From contig CDMY01000387.1 of the NCBI GenBank assembly GCA_001179505.1, forward strand, positions 26,326 through 90,325: a stretch of 64,000 nt of DNA, read 5' to 3'. Origin of the DNA: Vitrella brassicaformis CCMP3155. Taxonomy: Eukaryota > Protista > Chromerida. A program made the position numbers and the translations under genes. Below the pieces are notes generated by a model, which ran no database searches, had not been told where the DNA came from, and saw nothing but the letters and a program-made list of their open reading frames with translations. This document shows positions 33,320-46,200 of this stretch, one piece after another (within the stretch, counting starts at the first letter, position 1; every line of letters begins with the position of its first letter).

Positions 33320-36300
33320 CTACTCCTCCTCCATCGCATCATCCCCGCGCACCTCAGAGGCCACCCACATCGGATGTGCGACGCCATGCACCGCAGCCAG
33401 GGCCTCCGTTGTCGCCCTCACGCCACTGTGCACGGCCCCGTGGACACACTGGTTGCCCGACACACTGATGTCAAAGACAGACACATCGGAAGGAAAAGGC
33501 GGATATATGACTCGGCGAGGCCTCAACAACACATATATGGCGCCGATCTCATCTGCCCTCCTCACTCATCTCACCTGGTGGCCTCGCCCGCGAAGAAGAC
33601 GGCAGGTCGCGTGTCGACCCCGTTCTTGGAGTCGGGCTCCGGGTGAGCCGTGGCGAGCTCCTCAATGTGCTCGAGGCTGCCCCCCGGCCGATAGTAGCTG
33701 TAGGACCCCAGCGAGAAGACGTCCGTGTCCCACTGAGTCACCTCGACGTCGACCAGCAGCGACCGCAGCGACGAGACGGACAGCCGGGTGTCGTTGGTTG
33801 CCATTGTGCTGAGGACCTCGAGGGCCTTGGTGACCGTCTGCTCTCTGTTGACGTTGAAGTGACCGAAGAGATGACCTACCTGAATGAACAGGGAGAGCGA
33901 AGCATAGCACACAGAGACGAAGGTCACGACAGCCTCGTGTGTGTGTGTGTGTGTGTGTTGCGTGTGCGCTGCGCACCAGTGTATTAGTCGCCTTGGTGGG
34001 GTCGAATGCGTGGAGGTTCATGAACTGCACGGACTCGTCAGGTGTGTTGAGGAACTGGGCGGTCTCGTCCCAGAAGCACTCCTTGAAGCGCAGTATCACC
34101 TTGTTGTGTCCCCCGCCGCCCAGCCGCCCACACGCCTCCCTCTTGGCCTCGCTGAGTGGTGGGTCGAAGACGATACGCGAACGGGACGTGTTGCTGGGGT
34201 TGAGCACGCCCACGGGCACCGTGACGACCGCCTTGAGCGCACTATACACCTCCCCTGCCTCGGTCGTCACCTCCACGTGGTGGGACCCCTCGACGATGCA
34301 CACACGATTGACGGCAGTGTTGAGGGAGATGTTGTCCTGAAGATCGGCCGACTGGACGAGTAAGTCGGGCAGCCAGCTGTAGCCCCGCGTGTTCAGACGG
34401 TCACCGATGGTCAGCTGACATGATACACACACAGACAGACATGGTGGGTGGATTAGTGGCTGTCTGGCACATCGGATCAACTTCTCACCTTGTGATCGAG
34501 ATTGGAGTTCTTGAAGGGGTCGTAACTGCCTGCCTTGGCCCGCTTCTCCCTCCGCTTCTTCTCCCTGACCCGCCAGCCACTGCCGCTTGTCTTTCGCCTC
34601 TTGCTACTGGGGGTGACCGCCTCGCTGTCCCCGTCGTCCTGCCCGCCATCGCCGTCGTCCTCGCCCTCCCCACGCTCCCCTGTGTCGCCTCTCAGACGCG
34701 CAATATCGTCGCCCGTCAGCTTGAAGAGATCAAGCGTCGAGTAAGCCTCCAGGCCCTCCACGTCCATGCCCATGAAACCGTCAGACGACGATGACGACGC
34801 TGCCGAACCGCCAGCCTGGCCGACAGGTGCGTGGTGCTGGCCGTCGTAGAGCGAGAGGGGTGGTGTGGGGATGGGCAGGAAGCCCTGGCCCCTCTGGTAG
34901 CTTTTCATGTAGGCCGTGTCGGCCGACACACGCACCTTGAGGCGCCCCTCGTCCACCAGCCGATGGGGCCCATCCGGCAACCGCAGCTCACCCAGCTGGG
35001 CCAGCGAGGGCAGCAGCGCCAGGTCGGCCAAACTGCAGTTGTAGCCAAACATGCGCTGAGCGATCTTGCTGCCCATCTGCCGAATCAGCGCCAGCTCCCT
35101 CTCGTCCCTCTCCGCCTGATCGGCCGCCAGTGATGCCGCCTGCTCACGGGCGCGGCTGGTCTTGCGCCGGTTGCGCTTCCTCTCGTCGGCCCGTCGCTGC
35201 TCCTCGCGCGCCTGTGCCTCGTCGTTGAGGGCGTGGTTGAGGGCAATGCCAAACCAGTCTTGGAAGGAGCTGCTGCCGGACGGTGGGAATGGGGGAAGGG
35301 CCGCCATGTGGGCGGGGAAGGGGCCTGGCGATGTGGTGGCTTGGTCCTCCTTGTGCTTCTGGGCCACCATGTGTGCCATCGCCCGCTCTATCAACAGAAG
35401 CGCCCTGAAACATCATTATTGGAAAGGGCGTCCACGCATGGACGGTCGGCCGTGGATGCATAGATCAGCTAATGAGTGTGGGTTACTTGATGATGACGGC
35501 CTGTGGAATCTGCCGTCCTTGCTCGTCATACCAGTTCGCAAACTCGGTCGGCTCCCACTTGCCGCCTGCATGACATAGACAGACAGGGAGGGGAAACAGA
35601 TGGTGTAGTTACTGCTGGTGGTGGTGGTGGTTGGTGGTGGTGAAACGACGAACAACAGCTGCGTCACTGTGTCGCTCACCCATCACAGCAGAAGTTTCGA
35701 TGCCGAGTGCCGCCGCCAAATCCCAGGGATAGTGCGGATCTCCTGGTGCAACGTGCAGCCAGTTGGCGCCAAGATCCACCTGCAGTGCACCACACAGACG
35801 GACAGAGACAGATGGGTGGGTGTCCTGTATGCACATGAGGCGGGCGGAGAAAAGGGAGTCGGAAAGCCTGTTGCGTTGCGGTTCACTCACCTTGGTCTCA
35901 GGCAGGCTGTCTTTGGCAGGGAGTGTCTTGGTGTGGATGCGGCCGCCAACCCTGAAGAAAGAACACGACACAACACAACAAGGAAGGAAGGAAGGCACAT
36001 ACATACAAACATACAGACATGCGAACATCTATCAACTGGACGGACAAGTAAGTCGTCAATCGTTGCTTCGTTTCTCACCTGTCCCTTCCCTCCAAGACGA
36101 TGACCCGATACCCCCGCCTCTTGAGCATAGCTGCAGCCGTCAGACCAGCAACTCCAGCACCCACAACGATAAAGTGTGCGTCGACACCGCCATCCCCACC
36201 ACCACCCCGCACCAGCGGCGGCACATCGATGCCCTGCCTATCCAAGCCGGCCATGAAGTTAAGGACGTCGTCATTCTGGCACGACATGGGCTCGCGCGGC

Positions 36301-36974
36301 GGGCTACCTTGCCGCTTGCCGGACGGCTTGCATGCTGCGGGGGCTGGAGGCGATCGCCCTCTCTTCCGTGATGGCAGCAGCTCACCATCACCATCCTCAT
36401 CGCCATGCCCACCTCTGCCGCCCCTCTCGCCCGGGTCACTGTCGCCCCCGCTCGAGTGATGCTTGGTGGGCGGCGTCTTGTGGCAGCCACGCTGAGGCCT
36501 TGACACTGCTATCCATCCCGTCGCATACGCCGGGTCGTCATATGGGAGATCCTCCTGCTGCTCCGTCTGCTCCCGGTCGGTCGTCTCCCTCATATTGACT
36601 GCACCAGGGGCGTCTTCGGGCCGAAACTGAGGAACAGGGGGAGAGATCTCCGGCGTGGCCAGTGCCGTCGTCATGGATGCCACCACTGCTGCCTCGTCTG
36701 CCGCGCCTTCGTCTTCTCTTGGCCGCCTGGTCGGACGGTCGGAGGGCGGACAGGTGCAGGGGGCCCTGTGGGACTGCTGACACGGGGAGGGCTGATGGTT
36801 GCTCGTGTTAGCGACGGGCGCGGCGGCTGAGCCCGATGAATTGATCAGATCATAGGACGAAGACGTGGTGATGGCAGCTGGTGGTTGATGAGTCGGCTCG
36901 ACTGTCCTGTCTGCGGCCGCCTCCCCAGTGGCCTCCTGTGCCGCTTGTTCTGATGAAATGGGAGGGACGTCCAT
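33320..36974 (-). CDS. Flavin-containing amine oxidase (LSD1/polyamine oxidase family) with large insertion
   Basis: IVVGAGVAGLTAA..L...VIVLEGRDRVGGRIHT, DLGANWLH, VVTVPVGVL, NKVILRF..CFW, W..D.FSLGSYSY, VFFAGEA, VHGAVHSG.R. Confidence 0.88.
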
Positions 36975-37090
36975 CAGAGCAGGTCGTCCGTGCGGTCGTG
37001 TAGATAGCAGCCGGCAGTTTCGGCGTGTATTCCGTCTGAGTGATGCTATGATGTTACGAATGTTCTGCGGACGTCAAAGACTCAAGAACC

Positions 37091-37115
37091 GCTGCGAGCT
37101 TAGTTGTGGCGAGCT
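37091..37115 (+). promoter_or_regulatory. GCTGCGAGCTTAG plus GGCGAGCT between the amine oxidase and TOR
   Basis: Centre of the 260-nt divergent gap. Confidence 0.6.
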
Positions 37116-37233
37116 TGGGGGAGAGAGGAAAAGCCTGTTTTTCCTCTTCTCGCTTGAGATCAAGGCTCCGCAGCTGAAGATCTCTCTGCTGAGAGCGTTT
37201 GATTCATCGGTACCTTCCTTGACCTACTCCAAG

Positions 37234-40200
37234 ATGTTGGAGAGCAAGTATCTGGCAGACCTGAAGTCCAAGAACGAGTCGGTTCGCGCCAAGGCCGCCA
37301 AGAACCTGCGGATCCATGTGGAGGCTGAGGCCAAGGAGATGTCCGGCGGCACCTTCACCAAGTTCATGGCCGACCTCAACAAGCGCATCTACGACCTCGT
37401 GAGCAGCCCGCACCAGGAGGACAAGATCGGCGGCATCATGGCCATCGACGAGCTCATCGATGTTCAGTGCGACGAGAATGAGACCAAAATCATCCGCTTC
37501 TCCAACTACCTCCGCATGATCTTCCAGCAGTGCTCCAGCGGACCTCTCGAGCACTCCATCTTGCCCAGGGCCACACGCGCACTCGGCCACCTGGCACGAG
37601 CCGGCGGCACCATGACGGCAGACTTCGTAGAGTTTGAGCTGCGCAGGTCCCTCGAGTGTCTGCAGAGTGGTGGGGGGAGCGACCCCAGGTCGGAGTACCA
37701 CCGCTATGCCGCCGTGCTGATCCTCAAGGAGCTGGCGCTCAATGCACCCGTGCTCTTTGGGCCGCATGTTAACGCCTTCTTCGACCACATATGGGTAGGT
37801 ATACGTTCACGGTGCGTTAATGCATTTAACATGACAGGCAGCAATGGCCCATTGTTTGTGTGTCGGCTGGCTGTCATGTAATGCAGGTGGCTATCCAGCA
37901 CGAGCCCAAGACGGTCATCCGTGAGGCTGGTGTGGAGGCGCTGCGGGCGGTCCTGCAGCTGCTGGCACAGCGGGACCAGAACCAGCCAGCAGTGACCAAT
38001 GGAACGACCCCCACACCGCAGGTGTCGGCAGCGGCAGCTGCAGGGCCTGGGTCGCTTGACGGCAAGGGTGGAGGGGCTGCTGTGGCTGCCACAGCAGGTC
38101 AGGCGCGGCAGCGGTCCCGCTATCGCACACACATCTCGAGAACCATATGGGAGAAGGTCAGTCAACTCAGGGGAAATAAGGCCGATAGATAGATAGCACA
38201 ATCCATCACGCTGGCTGCAATGAGACAGACTCCCATTTCCCGTTGTTTATTTCATTCAGACCCAGCAGGGTCTCCGTTCATCCGACGCGCTGGCTCTCCA
38301 CGGCTCCCTCCTGGCCGTCGGGGAGCTGCTGACTCACGACCTCGCCCGCCCCGAGCAGGCCCCCACCCCGACCGACGCCACATCAGATCAGCTCGTGACG
38401 TCCCCCCGCTTCGCAGAGATATGTGACCTGGTCTTCAAGTTCAAGAGCAACCGACACCGGCTGGTGCAGCGCACCGTCCTGCAGCTGCTGCCGACCCTCG
38501 CCAAGTTTGACCCCGCCTCCTTCGTGGCCCTCAACTACCTCGACAAGGCCGTCGCGCACCTCCTGCAGACTATCAGGAGTGGGGGCACCGACCGGGAGCT
38601 GGCTTTTGAGGCGCTGGGTGACCTGATCCTTGCCGTCAAGGAGGCCATTCTGCCGTATGTGGATCGGATATTGACTGTGGTCCATGACGCTTTATCGCAT
38701 CGGTTGGGGGGCGGGGGGATGGCGGCGTCGCTGGGGCTGTCGATGGGAGGGGGGTCGAGGCGGCGGCAGGAGGCACAGACGCAGGAGGCCCTCATCTGCA
38801 TATCTAAGCTGGCCAAGGCCGTGGGCCCTCAGCTGGCGCCGCAGATCGAGCAGCTCGTCGACAAAATGTTTGTCGGTAGGGAACACGAAGCAACGCTACG
38901 CTGCCATCGTCTCATCTGGACGTCTGCCATGCCGTCGATCCTTCACGTTTCCTCTTGTTGTATGTCGTGTCATGTCATTTATGTGTGCCACACAGGTGGT
39001 CTGTCCCCCACCTTGCTGGAGGCCCTGAACCAGCTGTGCAAGACCATCCCCTCCCTCCTGCCCGTCATGCAGAACCGACTCCTGCACTCCATCTCCCTCG
39101 TACTCGCCGACGAGTCCGTCACCAACCTCGACAGCGGCGACACCGCCACCCACCCATCGCAGGCCACGAGTGCACCCTCAGGTGCGTCCGCAGCAGCAGA
39201 GGGCGGCGCTGCTGGGGCTGGGTCAGGGGCTGGCGGAGCGCCATACAGGAGCGAGGAACACGCGCGGCTGGTGGTGCTGGCACTGCACGCCTTGGGTGAG
39301 GAGTGGGGAGGGGAACAGGTGTCTGTCATTGTTGGTGTGTGTCCTGGCCTGGGGTGGGGTGTGTGTGTTGTCTGTCAGGTCAGTTTGGCACGCTGACGTA
39401 CAACTTGCAGACCAACTCGTTTGTGTGTGAGTGCGTTCTGCGGTACCTCGACCACCCCATGCCAGCCGTCCGCAAGGAGGCAGCACTCACCGCCATACAG
39501 CTGCTGCTTCCCAAACCGTTCAGCGTCCCAACTGTCGTCATCCAGCCCACAGCAGACGCCGCCACGCAGCCCTCATCCACCCAAGACGGCACACAAACCA
39601 GTGCGGCTGGTGCTGGCGGTGGTGGCACACGGGCATCTGGTGCATCCGGGCGGCCCACCCAGGCCCCGAATGAGGGCAGCACAATACTGGCTGGGGGGTT
39701 CCTGCAACACGTCGTCCTCTGCAGGTGGGCCCACACACACATGTTATACGGAGAGAACGCACCTTTCCTTTCCTTTGTGTGTGTTCTGTCAGGCCGCATC
39801 AGTTGCTGGCGATATCTCGGGTGATTCGTCGGCTGCTGACGTTCGCCGTGGCAGACCCTGAGGCGTCAATCCGCCATGCGGTGCTGGAGGGCTTTGACTT
39901 CAGGTTCGACCCCTTCCTGTGCGAACCATCATGCCTCGCCGCGCTCAACCAGAGCCTCCATGACGAGTCACTCCAGGTGGGTGGATACACACTCATGGCA
40001 CACGTGTGTGGCTATGCCTGACAGGCTGACTCAAATGGTATATGAATGTGTGTGTCCCCTGTGCACCAGGTGCGCAAGACGGCGGTGCGTCTGATGGGCC
40101 GTTTGTGTCTGCACAACCCGGCGTATGTGCTGCCGGCCCTGCGCAAGATCCTAATACAGCTGCTCACGGACCTCGAATTCGCGCCTGACGCGCGGCACAG

Positions 40201-43200
40201 AGACGAAGCCGCAGAGCTGCTCGGTCAGTGAAACTGTCTGCCTGCAGCGGACACACACACACATGCGTCCGTGTCGATGGTCTGTTTGCAGGCGATTTGA
40301 TTCTGGAGGCGCAGCAGCTGATGGAGCCCTACGCCACGTCGGTGATCCGGCACCTGATCACGAAGCTCAAGGAGACCCAGTCCACCCAGATCGACCCCGC
40401 CAGCCCCCCTGGCCACCCCATACCCCCCTCCCTCACACCCTCTCCCTCCCCGCCCTCTCTCTCTTCATCTCCGCCCGTCCCCTCGCCCGCCCCCAGCAGT
40501 AGCACACTCATTCACCAACGCGCAGCGTTCGGCTACGTGTCGTCACACGCGAGGTCCGTGAGCATGGGGCTGCCCCAGCCACCCCCGCCAACGCCCAGCT
40601 TCTACACGCACCTGTTCACGGCCGTGGGGTATTTGTCTGAGGTGGGGGGCACTGAGATCCGTCATCTCATGGACGACCTGCTGCCGATCCTGGTGGAGGC
40701 GCTGCAGGACACGGGCACGACGGCGCCGAGCGGCATCAAGCGAGAGGTGGCCTTCAGGACACTCTCACAGATCGTCAGAAACACTGGGTGAGTCAGTGAG
40801 TGGCTTTCGTTCTTTCGGCACCCCTCAATCATTCCTCGTTGGTTGCGTGTTGCAGTGCGGTGTTGGAGCCTTACCTCAAGTACCCCTCCCTGCTGTCTTA
40901 CATGATCGGTCTCCTCCGCTCCGACAGCACGTCAGACGTCCACTGGCCATGGCACTGGCCGCTGCGCAAACAAATCATCCGGGCCATCGGCACCCTGGGC
41001 GCACTCGACCCCTACCGCTTCCACCAGCTCGAGCGACTCCCACGCACACAACCGCAGCAGACAAAGACCCGCGGTCTGGAAGCCCCCCCTCTCGGGGCAA
41101 ACGAGGCGGATCACCGGAACCTGCAGTGGGAGAACGTCAAGCTCGCCGGCGAGCGGCACATGAAGCGCCAGCAGGAGGGGGACTTCGAGGTGGTGACCGG
41201 GCTAGGCGTGGCGGCGAGTAGGCACGGCATGCCGGTGCTCGGGGGAGGCGGTGGGCGGGCTGCGGGGGGAGAGGACGACAAGGGTGTGGATCTGTTCTCG
41301 TCGACGGCCATCCGTGCGCTGCTGCGGATGATGGCCGAGAACAAGAGCAAGGGCAGGGGCAGCGCGAGTCAGCCTGCGTCTGGGCTGCCGGGGTACACCT
41401 ACTGGGGCGGGGTGGCCTATGGGCAGACGGCGATGGTTGGCGGTGCGGCGGGTGGCGGGGGAGGTGTGCTGTCGAGCCACCAAACGTCCGTCATGACGGC
41501 CATGATGTGCATATTCAAGAACCTGGAGCACAAGACTGTCTACTTCCTGCCACAGGTAGGTAGGTGTGTCTCCAAGCCACGAGGGGAGGCAGCACCGCAC
41601 CATACCTCTCAGTCAATGTTTGCTGCCTTCATTCAGGTGATGCCGGCCTTCCTGGATATCTTGCACAGCAGCGATGGCGAGTCCCAGGAGTCTTTGCTGC
41701 TCAACCTGAGTGACCTGATCGCCATTGTGGGCGCCCCCATGGCCAGGTACCTCCCCGCCCTCTTCGACCTCCTCACACAGATCTGCCAGGGACACCTCAA
41801 GGCCCACCAGCAGCAGGTCATCATCACTGGAGGAGGGGGCGGCGCACAGCTGGCTCCGGCAAACATCGCTGCGGCACAGTAAGGCCAGGACAGACACACA
41901 CACAGCAGGGGGGTCTGGTCTGCAGGCGTGTTGTGGCATTGCATTGGTATGGTGTGGTGTGCAGGGTGGTGGGTGGAGTGCTACAGGCTGAGCAGGCGGC
42001 CGACAAGACGGAGCGGGAGCGGGGCACGACGGCGCTGCTTCGTGTGCTGGAGGAGATCGCCACACACCTTCCCAACGATTTCGAAACTTACATGGGCCAG
42101 CTCATCCCCATTCTACTCAACTTCCTCCAGGTACCCCACACGTGTGTGAAGGTAGGTACCCAAGCATCAGTGTGTGTGTGTGTGTGTGTGTGTGGCCAGA
42201 ACGACCAGTCGGAGCGTCGCGAGGTGGCCTTCGGCGTGCTGCAGGCGCTGGGTGTCTTCGGCAAAGGCGTTCAGGACTACATCTACCTGGTGGTGCCGGC
42301 CCTGACCAAGCTGGCCGAGAACGAGGACGCCCCCCCCTCCCTCCGCATCCACTCGATCTACCTCCTCGGCCACCTCACACACACATGCACTTTCCCACAG
42401 TTCTCCGCCAGGATCGGCCACGCCCTCATCCGCATACTCGACGCCACATCCCTCCCCGCCACATCTCTTGCCACCGCCGGCAACCACAAAACAAAGGCCG
42501 CCAAGGGCAAGACCGCCACGACGATTACCATCCCCCTACAGCCGCCCTCGATCGCCATGTCGGCTGCTGATGCGGATGCGACTCCCACGCCGTCTCTGTC
42601 TGCGGTGGGCTCGTTGACGGGGCCTTCTGAGATGGGCACCACGCCCACGTTGCCGTCTGGCGGGGTGGTGGGAGGCGGCCGGGGCTGGGACGTCGGGGTG
42701 GGGTCGGAGGGGGAGGTGCACGAGATGAAGATGGCGGCGCTGCAGACACTGGCCATGCTCTACAGGGCGTTCGGGGCGGACTTCGCGCCGTTTGTGCCAC
42801 TCGTCAAGTAAGGGGTGGGCAGATGGATGTCTTCTGAGTGTCTGATTATCTATCTCTGTGGGCGTCTGTGTGTGTGAACAGGATGGTGACGCACCGTCAC
42901 CGGCTCCCGGTGTTTGCCATCTTCGACCCCTTCTCGCCCAACGCTCTGCCCACCCCGCCCCCCACCAACCCCTTCGCCACACGGCGAGGCGTGGCAACTC
43001 AGTCGCCAGCCATGCCGCCACACCCAGACCTGCAAAGCAACGCATCCGCCAGCCTCGGACCAAGCGACCCGTTCGGCGCTGCCTCTGCAGACAACAAGGA
43101 TGCATCGTCCGCACCCCAACCACAGCCAACGAGCCAATCGGTTGGCCACGCGTCGCAGCAAGGCGGTGGGGCGGCACTGATGGGTGGAGCTGGCGGGGGT

Positions 43201-46200
43201 CAGCAGAGGGGTCGTGGGATGGACGTGGGAGTGGGTCCGCTGCAGGTGCATCAGCAGAGCCTTAAGCAGGCCTGGGAGACCAACAACCGCTCGACGCGGG
43301 AGGAGTGGGCCGAGTGGATGCGGCGATTCTCTCTGGAGCTGCTGCGCGAGTCGCCCTCCCCCGCACTGCGCACCTGCTGGAGCCTCTCGCAGGTCTACCA
43401 GCCGCTGTCCAAGGAGCTCTTCCCTGTGGCCTTTCTCAGCTGCTGGCTGCACCTATACGACACCATGCAGGACGCACTCGCCAAGGCCCTCGAGCAGGCG
43501 CTGCAGTCCCCCAACCTCCCTCCCGACGTGCTGCAGACCATCCTCAACCTAGCTGAGTTCATGGAGCACCAGGGCAGCCCTCTGCCGCTCGACTATGCGC
43601 TCTTGGGTGGGCTGGCTGAGAAGAGCCACGCCTACGCCAAGGCGCTGCACTACAAGGAGAGGGAAGCCAAGACGGCGCGTGAGGCGTGTGTGGAGGCGCT
43701 GATATCGCTCAACAACCAGCTGGGCCAGCGGGAGGCCGCCACGGGGGTGCTCGTGTATGCGCAGAAGCATCTCAACGTGACGCTCAAGGAGAGCTGGTAC
43801 GAGAAGCTGCACAGGTGGGAGGACGCCCTCGAGGCCTATGAGATACGGCAGCTGGACGACCGCACCAACCTTGAATGGACACGGTCGAGAATGAGGTACG
43901 AAATCGCCCACTCCCCCGCCCATACATACCCCCACCACCCCCACTGTTTGTATGTGTTGTAGGTGTCTTCATGCGCTGGGCGAGTGGGACAGGCTGAGCG
44001 AGTTGTCCCGGAAGGTTTGGGACAGCAACCACCCGGGGCTGCGGGACCCGCTGAGGCGCCACGAGGTGGCATACCTCGCTGCGGCGGCCGAATTCAACCT
44101 CAGGAAATGGGACAAAATGAACGACTGGGTCGCTGCGCTCGAGGTGGGTGGGTGGGTACCGTTGACACCCGCACTGGCACACACACACATATATATGGGG
44201 ATTGCTGCGCACCACATGTGTGTGCCCGTGTGTGTGTGTGTGTGTGTGTGTGCAGGCCACCCCGTCTCACACGTATGAGGGTTGTTTCTACAGCGCGTTG
44301 CTGGCCATCCACCAGGAGGACTACCGGCTCGCCACCCGACTCATCACCAAGTCCAGGGAGATACTCGACCCCGAGCTCACTGCTCTCGTCGGAGAGAGCT
44401 ACGAACGGTCCGAATGAGCACACCTAACCCACACGCCCATCGATCCATCGGCATCAGTGTCGTGTGTGGTGTCTTATGCAGGGCGTACGGCGCGTTGGTG
44501 AAGGTGCAGCAGCTGACCGAGCTGGAGGAGATCATCGCCTACAAGCAGACGGCAAGCGAGTCGCGGCGTCAGATGATGCGCAAGATGTGGGCAACGCGGC
44601 TGCAGGGCTGCCAGCCAAAGGTGGAGGTCTGGCAGGCCATCCTGCAGGTCCGCTCCATGGTGCTGCCCCCCACCGAGGACATACCCATCTGGCTGCGCTT
44701 CTGCTCGCTGTGCCGGAAGCAAGAGCAGCTCTCTCTCAGCATCAACATTGTCAAGGAGCTGCTCACGGCGTCAGACACACAGCCGCCCATGACCGACAGC
44801 AGGGTGGTGGTGGCTCACCTGAAGAACCTCTATGCAGGCGGCCACAAGGAGACCGCCCAAAGCCAGCTGCGCGACTTCTGCACCTCCTGCAACTGGTACC
44901 TCTTCGACCAGCCTCTCGTCCCGCCCCTCCCCACCGACACAGCTTCACTGCACCCCACAAGCGACGCCGCCATCTCTGATCAGCAGCAACAACAACACCA
45001 CCCCCCAGGCGACTTCCTGCTCCCACTGGGTCTGACCTCGCTCACCAATGTGACATCTGCGAGCGCGCTGAGCGGCTGGGAGGACACACACTCACACCCC
45101 CACGTGGCTGAGAGGGTGGGTGTGGGTGTGGAAGGCGATGGTGCTGCTAGTGGTGGTGGCGGTGGCGGTGGTGTGGGTCAGATGCGCGGCAAGGGGATGC
45201 GTCGGGTCAACAAGCATTTGTGTCACCTGCTGTCCAAGTGCCACCTCAAGTTGGGGCTTTGGACCAAGGAGGTGCTGGAGGAGAAGAGGGGCGCTGACTG
45301 GATCAACGACCAGACGCTGCAAGAGGTGGGTGAGGAGCGAAAGGAATAGTCCCTCACAGGGAGGCGCTAGGCTAGGGGGTCTGTGCATTTGTGTGTCCGT
45401 TCGTTCGTTCAGGTGCTGTTATATTTCCGAGCGTCAGTGCGGCTGAGCCCCACCTACTACAAGGCCTGGAATGCATGGGCCAACACCAACTTCCACGTAC
45501 GAACGACTATCGACATAAGGACATCCGTGCGTCCTGTCTGTCATTGATGGTCGATCCATCAGGTGGTCCAGCTGTTCGATCTCTACAAGTCGCAGCACCC
45601 CGCACACGTCCACCCACACGCCTGCCCGCCGCCGCCCATGGTGCGATCTGCCTCCCCCAGCCAGCACCAGCACCAGCACCACCCCTCCCTGCCCGTCTCG
45701 CCCGCACACCCACACCACCCCTCTCCCTATATCCACCCCATCTCACACCACCCACTGCTGCCGCACCACGGTGGACACGCCTCAGACCGCGCCATGCCCG
45801 ACATCCACACACAGCCGCCGTCGCTCTTCGCTGAGGCCAAGGACGGCGGGGAGGGCGACGTGGAGGGCTTCTTGTCTGCGGCTTCGTCGGTGGCGGACCG
45901 TGAGCGTGTTGGGCGTGGCGGGATGGATCTGCATCTGCAGTATGTGGTGGAGGCGGTCCGGGGGTTCGTCAAGAGCATCGCATTGGGCACGCGCAAGGCC
46001 CGGGGGAAGCTCAACTGCAAGGCCAACCTGCAGGACGTTCTCAGGCTGCTCACACTGTGGTTCAGGGTAAGCCAAAAGAGTGCCTCTGCGCGGGAGTGTG
46101 TCTGATCCAATCCATGGTCTCTGTGTGTGCTGTGCTGCTGTGATGTGATTTGTCAGCATGCGGGCCATTCTGCTCTTGAATCGGCGCTGCAGGAGGGTTT

